A stretch of 64,000 nt of DNA from Rhina ancylostomus. Its lineage: Eukaryota. The notes beneath the pieces are model-generated. The model was not told where the DNA came from and ran no database searches. It saw only the letters and a list, made by a program, of their open reading frames with translations. Position numbers and translations under genes: made by a program. Shown piece by piece: positions 51,106-61,110 of this stretch. How positions within the stretch are numbered: the stretch's first letter is position 1; each line of letters begins with the position of its first letter. The stretch lies in NCBI GenBank assembly GCA_030265395.1, contig JARFYF010000046.1, forward strand, positions 14,092,558 to 14,156,557, in the 5' to 3' direction.

Positions 51106-52297
51106 TGTGAAACCAAACACAGCAAGCTGACTAATTTCAGGAAGTGAGGACAAGTGGAATGTAGGGAAATTGTGCCATTCCTGGATGTTGTTTTCTAAAT
51201 GTCAAGAACAAGAAAACAGAATGAGCCTTACCTTCGCGAATATAAAACAATGGTAAGCTAAACATTAATTTCACATGCTCAAAATCTCCTTGTCATAATG
51301 CATTAGCCTGGGAACCTGTGATCCATGACCACTCAGAGCAGAGAAGGAGCATTTGGGATGGGAATAAGAATGTCGAGACCATGCCTTGGGAACAAACGGA
51401 AGCCCCCGTTAAAGGCAGAAGGAGTGCACCACCTCACAAAATTCACACATTCCCACCTCCTCGGATATCTCCTACCCCTGCTGTGGAAAAGTCTGCGGTT
51501 CCCACGTTGGCCTCCTCAGAGCCCACAGAACTAGGGTGGAAGCAAGTCATCCTCAATCCTGGGGGACTGCCTGAGAAGAAGACTGTTAGTTAGCCAGATT
51601 TAACACACATGCTGTTCTGTAATGGTGACTTACATAATGACTTCCGTCCAGTGTATGTGCAGTATGTTGTAAAGCTGTCCTAATAACCGATGTAATTAGC
51701 ACTTGATTTATTGCCACCTTTCGTTTTGTATGTCAAAAGACTCCTTAGCATTTCCTTGCTAATTTTCATTGGTGAAATTGCTTTGGACACCCAGTTCTGT
51801 TGAACTCTACAACAGCATCTGTTTTGTTAACACCTTTCAATGCAATTATTTTGCATTACTTATTAATAGATGTACGCAGGTGCAATCTGGGATGATTAAC
51901 AGCTGCCAACAAGGGCACCACTGAACTCAGCAGACCTGTCATCACAGTGATTTTATGCAGTGATCCCAACTATCCAAAGATCCCAACAGCCTTGCCAAAA
52001 TGATGATAATATCTATTTGGTAATATGCCACAAACCTGGTTGTTAAATGTGGTAAATGTGAAAGGCATCTGAAGAAGGCATCTCAAAATTTAAGATGTTA
52101 TCTTTTGTTACTCTGTACCAGACCGGAAGTGATTTGGAGTTTGTGGGAACATGTTTGTCAAAGACCTTGTGAATTTCCTAAGATTAGTTGGAAAAAGTGA
52201 ATTAAAAGCACAGTTATGTTAATTATATTATACAAAATTTAAGAGCCTGTAGCAAACATACACTGATATTTATCAGGCACAAACACATATCCTGTAA

Positions 52298-52830
52298 TGT
52301 TGCAATGAGGTCCAATGCAAACTTAAGGATCAGCACCTTATCTTCTGTCTGGGTACATTGCAGCCTCCTGGACTGAAATACTGAATTCTACAACTTCAGG
52401 TAACCTATCTGTGTCGATCGTCCATCTGTGTTGTTGGCTCCGCTTGTTTGTATTTTCTCCGCTTTTTTTTTCTTTTTTCTCTCTTGGAGTGAAGGACACG
52501 CCCAGCCTGACTTTCTGCTCTGCATTTTGCAACTTATATTGTCTATGTAGGTGCAGCTTGACCTGCTGAGTTCCTCCAGTGGATTGTTTATTGCTTCAGA
52601 TTATTTCCTCTATATTCTTTTGTCTATGTTCTCACTTTCTAGCTGCTCATTGACAAGATAACCTTGTTTACAGCTTATCCCCATGGTCACCCCACTTTTA
52701 CCTATCATAAAAACTCTCTCTCTCCCCCACCCTTCCTGTAGTTTAACAAACTTCTCTTCTTCCCAAGGAGTCTTCAACCAGAAACATTAGCTCTGTTTCT
52801 CGTCCCACCAGCATTTTCTGTTTTTATTTT
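52298..52830 (+). mobile_element. Penelope-like element remnant (GIY-YIG C-terminus plus 3' region)
   Basis: CCNEVQCKLKDQHLIFCLGTLQPPGL, then after a frameshift NTEFYNFR* (stop ~52403); terminal-repeat remnants at ~52550 and ~52770-52830. Confidence 0.8.
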
Positions 52831-53309
52831 ATCCTTGCTCTGATGGTCTAATAACAGCCTGAAGTATCACTCATCCACTAAATCAAACAACCCATCCACT
52901 AAAAAAATGGCACACTGCATAAACAGATATCAAATAAAAAACAGCAAACTCAAACTTATCTCCCTATTGTTTGCTGACAATAAACACACATGCTAATTCA
53001 ATTGCTGCAACTTTAGCATTCATGGAGTATTTATCAGTACCATGTGCTATGCAGCAATTTGTGTCACATAATACCATTGTAATGCATTGACTAGTCTGAA
53101 ATTCACAACTTCATTGCACAAGCCTTGGTGATTGAATTATTCTGAATGTACATTGCCTTAACCTGATTGCTGTGTCTCTGCTTGCTATCTCAATTAGCCT
53201 TAAAAGAGAAGATGTAATTTTAGAACAAATAAAGCAATTATTCCTGAAATGCATTGGTGTTGAAATGGAAGCTCTAAAAATGGCATATTGGGTAATAAGA
53301 CTGACACAG

Positions 53310-54185
53310 TGGAGACGCAGGTAGACAAGGAGGTGAAGAAGGTGTTTGGCACGCTTACCTTCATCAGAGAGAACAAGAATTGGGGATGTCATGTCACAGC
53401 TGTACAAAACGTTGGTGAGACTGCTCCTGGAATACTCTGTGCAGTTCTGGTCACCTAGGATGTCATGAAGGATGTCATTGTGCTGGAAAGGGTGCAGAAA
53501 AGATTCATGACATAGTACTGGGACTGGAGGGCTTGAGCTATAAGGAGAGACTGTCTGGAGCATAGGAGACTGAGGGTGCTTAGTAATTGCTTGATAAGTT
53601 ACTAAGTTACGTTAGTAAGTTACATAAGATAAATTACATTAGTAATGGATGAGTAATTGCTTATTACTCATCCAAAATAAACTTCTGAGATTTTGAAGGG
53701 AGGTTGAAAATTAGAGGAATACAGAGGGCTGTGATGTTACACTTGTCTCGGTACAAGAGAGAATATCATGGCATAGGAGATATAGCATAGGAGACATTTT
53801 TTCCCTGGAGCATAGAAGACTGATTGTTAACTTATAGAAATGTATAAAATCAATGAGGCACATAGATAAGTGAACGTTCACAGTCTTTTTCCCAGAGTTG
53901 AGATGTCTTAAACAAGAGGATATAGGTTTAAGGTGAGAAGGGAAAGATTTCAAAGGGATCTGAGGTGCAACTTTTTCAGACAGAGGGAGGTGGGTACATG
54001 GAATGAGGACGCACTAGAGGTGGGTACAATTACAACATTAAAAGGATATCTTGACAGGTACATGGATAGAAAAGGTTAAGAGGGATATAGGTGGTACATG
54101 GAGAAATGGGACTAGTTCAAGTACACAACTTAGTTGGCATGGATAAGTTGGGCCAAAGGGCCTATTTCCATGGTGTATAATTCTT
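53310..54185 (+). mobile_element. CR1-clade LINE 3' fragment interrupted by a complex insertion
   Basis: QLYKTLVRLLLEYSVQFWSP motif, resuming at ~53797; CR1 tail gggccaaagggcctatttccatgg. Confidence 0.85.
53657..53771 (+). repeat. 115-bp dispersed duplicate of 55407-55521
   Basis: Ungapped alignment at offset 1750 with 6 mismatches, all transitions. Confidence 0.95.
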
Positions 54186-57100
54186 TGATAATTTAATGGA
54201 AAGGTGTTCTTGCACTTTTGATAAACTACTTTTATTAACGGAGGCACCAAACTATGGCTTTACTACCTAGGTCTCCTCACAAGGCTGACTGGCTCCTTCT
54301 GCAGTGAAATAAGATTTCTTATAGTTCAATGCTTGTATTGATTATTTACCTGGAGTTGGGATTGAAATTGTAAATCCACCCACAAATAACTCAGAGGAAG
54401 CACGAAAAGCTTTTCATCCATGTACAGAAGGACTTATTCAGAAGCTTCAGGTTGTCAACTGTGTTTCTTGAGAAAGACGTGGAAGAGGTGATGATGGAAG
54501 GAAGAAGTTATGGTAAAAGTGAATGTGCTGTACTTGTGAGTTTCACTCGCCATTGGATTAGGACATTTTATTATGCATTTCCAAGCACCATATAACACAG
54601 GCATTAAGCAAATCACAAATGTAAATGAGGGGCAAACGCCTGTATAATTTCCTCTTGCTAAATTGAGAGGTATTCTTCTCAAAATTGTTCCCAGGCAGCC
54701 TGTGGGCAGGTGTGATCTTCCCTATTCCATAGTCCTTGTGATTGCANNNNNNNNNNNNNNNNNNNNNNNNNNNNNNNNNNNNNNNNNNNNNNNNNNNNNN
54801 NNNNNNNNNNNNNNNNNNNNNNNNNNNNNNNNNNNNNNNNNNNNNNATCCTGCCCTCCCCCTAGCCCCACATCTGTTAGCATTGGCTTGCTCCTTCCCAG
54901 GGCTTACCTTAAGGCAGCTGTAGGAAGAGTAAATTACCCAAACAATCAATAGAAGACCAGCCTGTGGAAGCACCAAACAATAATGTTAATGACTGCAATG
55001 TGGGAGCACAATGGAACATCATTTTCATTTCTGAACAAAAGGGTCAGAACCAACTTATGCCTCTGTGGCTTTAACTTTCTGTCCATCTGGGCATGCCTAA
55101 CTTTTACTTTACATCCCTTCACTACGATGCACTACCTTGGTATTGGAGTGATCCATGGTGCGGAGCTAAATTTCCTTCCAATATGGTTCATGTTCTTTTA
55201 CAACTGGTCGGCAGTCAGGAAGCTGTTCACTTCTTCAGACTGTCTACCATTGCATCTAGTGATTGGAAGAGGTTGCTTTGCATATAGGATTTTGAAGAAA
55301 AAGGCAGTTCAGAATTCTAATATAATTTGCTTTTCCAATTGAAAGGCATGTGTGCCACATTCAACAATAAAAGTTGAACAGAATATTTTGTATTCAAACC
55401 AATACTTTGCTTATTACTCATCCAAAATAAACTTCTGAGGTTTTGAAGGGAGGTTGAAAATTAGAAGAATACAGAGGGCTGTGATGTTACACTTGCCTCA
55501 GTACGAGAGAGAGTATCATGGGTACTTGATTGGATCTGTCATAATCCTTGTGGAACAAGCTCATTTCATTTCCTAGATTACATTTAGTGTTGACTTCTAT
55601 GACTTCCTTTTGGTGAAAAGATTAGACTTTCACAATAGGAGAGAAAACGATTAATATGGATAGCAATAACAGAGTTCTTTCTGTTTAATGTTCTGGTGTA
55701 ATGCTAGCTCTGTTCCGAATCATATGTGTTACTAAATGAAATGTTCTGCTTCAAACATAGATATAAAGGCCTCTTCTAAAGAAGCCAACACAGCTTAGCT
55801 TTTTGTAAATCTGCTATGAATATTTCTGCGGGTGATGTGAAATAATCTTCCTTGTTGTGAACAGAATCAGAGACTGATACTTGATTAAACATCTTGAGTG
55901 TTAAACTAATTTTGTTTATTCAGTTACCTCTTTTCAGATCAAGCAATTTTAATAACAATATAACTTTTTATCCTGTTTATTACCAAAGCTTCATTCTGAT
56001 GAATGATTAATCAGCTATTGGATTCCAGCAATTTATTTCATTATTTCAGATTTCAACTACTTGCAGTCTGTTTCCTCTTTTGAATTAATGTGACATCAGT
56101 GTTATCTTGGTTGCATAGCAATAAAACATTTTTATTGTTGGTAGTTCAAATAGTTTTTTAACCAGAATATGTTGTCTTTACATTGAAAAGGCCCAACTCT
56201 ACTTTTCTGCAAGGGCTACGCAGAAATGAATAAGCCTGTCCCACTCGTGTTCAAAGTGACCCACTTGGTCCCATTGAAATAGATTTCCTTTGACAAACTA
56301 ACTTCACGTTTGAGAGTTTTAAGGTGCCACAGCTTTTCAGCTTGTCACTTTTTTTGTCAGTGATTTCAGGCACTTCCTGTTCCACATCATTACTTCACGA
56401 GCTGCTAAGTTTGTGTTAGCCATTGTCAAGTGCAATGCACATAGGAGTTTAATTCACTGAAGCATCAGAGAACACGTGTGCACTAAGCGTTTGTTAGTTT
56501 GTAGCAAATTATGAGTTTGCGTTAATGGGGCATGGACTATTTTTGCCAGTGTTCTGCAATTTTCTCTTGGAACTAAGCAAGAGCAATGCACCGTGATGCA
56601 CAGACCAATTAGAGGAAGCATGCCAAATTTGCTTAGCCATAACTTCATTTTATTTATTGCCAACATTTAAAGCAAGCTTTAAATCTATAGAGGGAGCTAG
56701 AGAAGAAAGAAGACGTCAACAGAGTAGGAGTGGGATAAAGACATACGCTCAGTTATTTATCTACCTCATGACGAAGTATCAACTGTTTTACACTGAAAGA
56801 AGCGGAAGAGCAGAGGACGATGGACCTGAATATTGTTGCAAGGCCAAGCTTCTGATCAGTGAAATATGAACTCATCAGAGGAGCCAGCTCTTGGTCCTCA
56901 CAGGGGAACCCTGCATTCCACTGCCTGCACAGACAGATTAGATGTACTGTAGGCTTCTGCCAACAGATCCAACCTGCCTGGAGGAGAGAGGAAGCATATG
57001 GGCACAGATACTGAGGTCACAGAAGACACCACAACACAAAATATCCAACAGAGAAATTACACCACTTAACAAGCACTAAAAGGTTTCTGCTCCATACAGT

Positions 57101-57261
57101 GCTCCTCCTGCCCTATCACAAAATCTTTTTTTCTCCCACCCTTTATTTAGCTTGCTCTTAAATCTATCTATAATATCTACCCCAATTACACATTGCAGCA
57201 GAATTTCCTGCATTCTCACGGAATAAAGGAGAGTTCCTGAGTCAATTTCTTAGCAGGGATC

Positions 57262-57348
57262 TTATTTTAAATTTTTTATTTACAGCGTGGTAACAGGCCC
57301 TTCCGGCCCAATGAGTCCACGCCGCCCATTTTAAACCCCAAATTAACC
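57262..57348 (-). mobile_element. SINE 3' tail fragment next to a gap
   Basis: tttacagcgtggtaacaggcccttccggcccaatgagtccacgccgccc; similar to 59585-59705. Confidence 0.65.
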
Positions 57349-57499
57349 NNNNNNNNNNNNNNNNNNNNNNNNNNNNNNNNNNNNNNNNNNNNNNNNNNNN
57401 NNNNNNNNNNNNNNNNNNNNNNNNNNNNNNNNNNNNNNNNNNNNNNNNNNNNNNNNNNNNNNNNNNNNNNNNNNNNNNNNNNNNNNNNNNNNNNNNNNN

Positions 57500-58320
57500 T
57501 GTCAAGAGGACATACTGTAAGGATATTATATAGGACTACAGGTAGGGGCAGAGGTGTGGAAGATAGAATATTTTGTGGAAAATGTGAAATGGTTGGCTGG
57601 TCTATTTCCTAAATGGTGAGAGACTGCAGAGCTCAGAGATGCAGAGGGATCTGGGTACTGTAATACATGATTCACAGAAGGTTAGTAATCAGATACAGAA
57701 AGTAATTAGGAAAACTAACAAAATGTTATCTTTATTACTAGGGGAACTGAATACAAAAGTAGGGAGATTATGTGTCAGTTGTACCAGGTATTGGTGAGGC
57801 CTCTGGAGTATTGTGTGCAGTTCTGGTCTCCTTATTTAAGCAAAGATATAACTATGTTGGAAACAGTTCAAAGATTCACTGGACTAAAACCTGGATTGGA
57901 TGAGATGTCTTTGAGGGAAGGTAGGACAGGCTAGGCTGAGGTAACTTGATTGGCGCATATAAAATCTTCACAGGAGAGATATGCAGGAGATGTTTTCTTT
58001 TCATGGAGAAACTGGACTGAGTGGTCACTATTTATGAATAAGAGGTTGCCCATTTGAGATAAAAATTAGCATTTTTTTCTTTCAGGAGGTCATGAGTCTT
58101 TGGAACTCTCTTTTTCAAAGGGTGCTGGAAGAAGCCTTTTCAAAGGGTGGTGTAAGGCAGAGATGAATAGCATCTTGATTAGCAAGGGTGTGAAAGGTTA
58201 TTGGGATGGAAAAGAATATGGAGTAGAGGTCATCATGAGATCAGCCATTATCTTATTAAATAGTGTAACAGGTTTGAGGGGTTGAATGGCCATGATTTGC
58301 TCCTAACTTGTATGTTATTA
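57500..58320 (+). mobile_element. CR1-clade LINE, RT C-terminus to 3' end
   Basis: YFLNGERLQSSEMQRDLGTVIHDSQKVS...EYKSREIMCQLYQVLVRP.LEYCVQFWSPYL with frameshifts; tail gaggggttgaatggcc...gctccta. Confidence 0.9.
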
Positions 58321-58956
58321 TTTACAGCAAAGGGCCCCTCATCTGAGCCACGAGCAAATGACTTCTTAAAGGTCACGTGATGTGCAATAGATCAATAACA
58401 CACACATATGTTGAATTGTTTCAGTATCCAAGAACAGGCACAATTTGTTTAGAGCAGTTATTCAAGTGGAGCGAACTGTTTGCAGCAGATGTTTTGCCAC
58501 TTGTGCAACTTTCACTGTTGCAACCCCTCTATTAGCACAAAGGGGCTCTTGTTCAAGGAGCGATGTTTTACCACCACTGTCAGTGAACATGCCCATAGAA
58601 TTTTTTCCAGGGTCCTTCAGAATAATGTCTTGACTCCTCAATCTGATGATTGACTCCTATTAATGTCTCTTTTACTACCCTGTAGTTGCAGTCCATATTC
58701 AAAAGCACTTGGCCATGAGTGGAAGTAATGACCACTTTCCGCAATTGCTGGGATAACTACACCTGGTTGGAAGGAACTGTTCTGTAACTACTGCTTGAAT
58801 TGGCTATTAAAGTTCACTGATACCATTAATCATCATATCCTTTGCAAGCCACAAAGAGTGACTTTTGAAGGATCAAAACTCTTTCCTCAATATTTAAAGT
58901 TTTGTACCAATCTCTTCCAAACACTTATATTTCATCTGACTCCAGAATTTCACCCA

Positions 58957-59385
58957 ATAGATAGAAACATAGAAAATCACAGCAGGAGTAGGTCAATCTG
59001 CTCTTTGCCTGCTCTATATTCAATACAATCATGGCTGATCTATTTTAGCACCATATTCTCACACCCTCTATCCTCACACCCTTTGATGCCTTTTGTGTCT
59101 AGAAACCTATCTACCTCCAATTTAAATATATTCAGTGACTTGGCCTCCACAGCCTTCTGTGGTAGAGAATTCCACAGGCTCATCATCCTCTCAGTAAAAA
59201 AAAATTCTCCTCAGCTCAGCACTAAATATTTCACTCTGTATCCTGAAACTGTGACACCCCCCCCTTGTTCTAGACTCCTACAGCCAGTAGAAACATCCAC
59301 TCCATGTTCAATCTGTCGAGCCCTGTTAGAATTTTGCATGTTTCACACAGATCCCCTCTCATTCTTCTAAACCCCAGTGAATACA
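58957..59385 (-). mobile_element. CR1-clade LINE 3' fragment
   Basis: atagaaacatagaaaat...gcaggagtagg...ggcctccacagccttctgtggtagagaattccacag...atcccctctcattcttctaaac. Confidence 0.85.
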
Positions 59386-59399
59386 GGATGACTTTTCAA

Positions 59400-60120
59400 G
59401 GCAGTACTTGGGGAGGATTCTATTGTCAGAGGCACGTCTTTTGGGTACATTGTTTGAGTAAAGCCCTATCCTCCCACTCTGATGGTTATAAAAGATTGCA
59501 TAGCAACGAAAGAAGGGAAGGGCAGTTATCCTGATATGTTGGCTAATATTTATCCCTCAACTGACTTCCTTATTATTATTTTATTATTATTTATGCAGCA
59601 CAGTGACAGGCCCTTCTGGCCCAATTTAAACCCACGTTAATTTACCTGTACATCTTTGGAATGTAGGAGAAATCTGGAGGAACCCCACATAGACATAGGG
59701 AGAAACAAAATTACTAAAACAGAGCAGAGCAAAGCAGAACAGAATAGAGTCATTAAAGCAGCTTTAAATACAGTGGATACTGGAAATAGTCAGCAGGTCA
59801 AGCAGCATCTGTGGAGAAAGAAACAGTCTTATCGTTACAGGTCAATGAACTCTGTTTCTCTCTCCATTGATGCCACCTGACTTGCTGAACATTTTCAGTG
59901 TTAACCATTTCTATGTTAGATTTCTGGCATCTGCAGGCTTCCTCTTCGATCACTAAAATATCCTCTGGTCATTATTCCATTGACTTTTGACCTGCACAAA
60001 TTGGCTCTCAAGTTTCCTATATTATAATAAGGAGATACATCAAAGTACTTAATTTACTGTCAAGAGCTTTGGGGTGCTCTGAGATTTAGCAGAATGCTTC
60101 GTCAAAATGTACATTTTTTC
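59400..60120 (+). mobile_element. DeuSINE-like SINE split by nested SINE and PLE-hairpin insertions
   Basis: 5' part ends ggctaatatttatccctcaac (~59560); it resumes with ctggtcattattccattg...gcacaaattggct...caaagtacttaatttactgtcaagagctttgggg (~59950-60120). Confidence 0.7.
59780..59898. repeat. PLE-terminal-repeat-derived inverted repeat (hairpin)
   Basis: cagcaggtcaagcagcatctgtggagaaagaaacag (59791-59826) vs ctgtttctctctccattgatgccacctgacttgctg (59852-59887). Confidence 0.75.
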
Positions 60121-60732
60121 CTTATATATATAAAAAAAATTGGACAAATCCCTTTCAGTGTAAGATTTATTAAAGTAGTGCACTTGTGGATTATTCTCCC
60201 TAATATCTGAAATAAATTAGATATTGTACAATGTTATAATGTAGAATATTGTGCCTATTTCATTTCCTTGTGTGGAGGTGGTAATCTTAGGGAGATAAAA
60301 TTATTTCTTTAGCCAGGGTGACAATTGAAAGGTGTCATTGCTGGTTAGAATTTAACAGACACAGTGTTTTGGGGATAGCTGAGACCCAAGACATTGCTGT
60401 ACCTCAGCAGAGAATTCCAGACTGGACATGTGCCTTTGATGATGTGGAGAAACATATGGGGTTGGGGAAGAGGGACTGACAACACCAAACCACTTGTTTC
60501 ATTCAGTCTCAGACCCATTTTTCGTTCCACCTCTTCCTCTCTTTTCTCTTTGTTTAATGTCTAAGTTTTCTCAGTTCTGGTGAAAGGTCAACAATGGAAG
60601 CACTCGGGGTTGGAAAGGGGTGCAAAGCACAGGAAATATTTTTACATCTGTCCTGCCACTGATGGACCCTGAACCCACTGCAGAGGAAGGGGCTGGAGGA
60701 GGAGTGGGAATCAGAGGGTGAGAGGGGGAGAA

Positions 60733-60808
60733 TCTCTCTGTATCTCTGTCTCTCTATCTCTCTCTCTCTCACACGCACACCACACATACGCGCGCGTGCA
60801 CACACACA

Positions 60809-60843
<35 letters not shown>
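60733..60843 (+). repeat. Compound (CT)n-(CA)n microsatellite with a (CG) core
   Basis: Directly visible. Confidence 0.95.
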
Positions 60844-60845
<2 letters not shown>

Positions 60846-60899
60846 CTTGAAATAATTCGGCAAAAGAAAACCTATTCTCATTGCCAGTCTAGTCAATTC

Positions 60900-61110
60900 T
60901 GGGCCATGTGGTTACCAATGGTGGGATTGTGGTACAAAACAAATTGTGGATGGATGAAAGAATCCAGAATTTGTGGAACTGAGAGATTTGTAGATGATGG
61001 AATGGAAGAGGTTACAGAGGAGGTAACGGGGAGAGGAGCAAACCCCACAGAGGGATTAGAATTCAATGTGAATTTTAAATTATATCACTTGGACATATGA
61101 GTAGGCTGTC
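60900..61110 (-). mobile_element. L2-like LINE fragment, degraded
   Basis: ggaagaggttacagag...agggatt...gaattttaaat resembles antisense L2 RT C-terminal sequence. Confidence 0.4.

Noticed and set aside
58795-59370. 191-aa ORF
   Set aside because: Antisense read-through of a CR1 3' fragment; non-ATG start.
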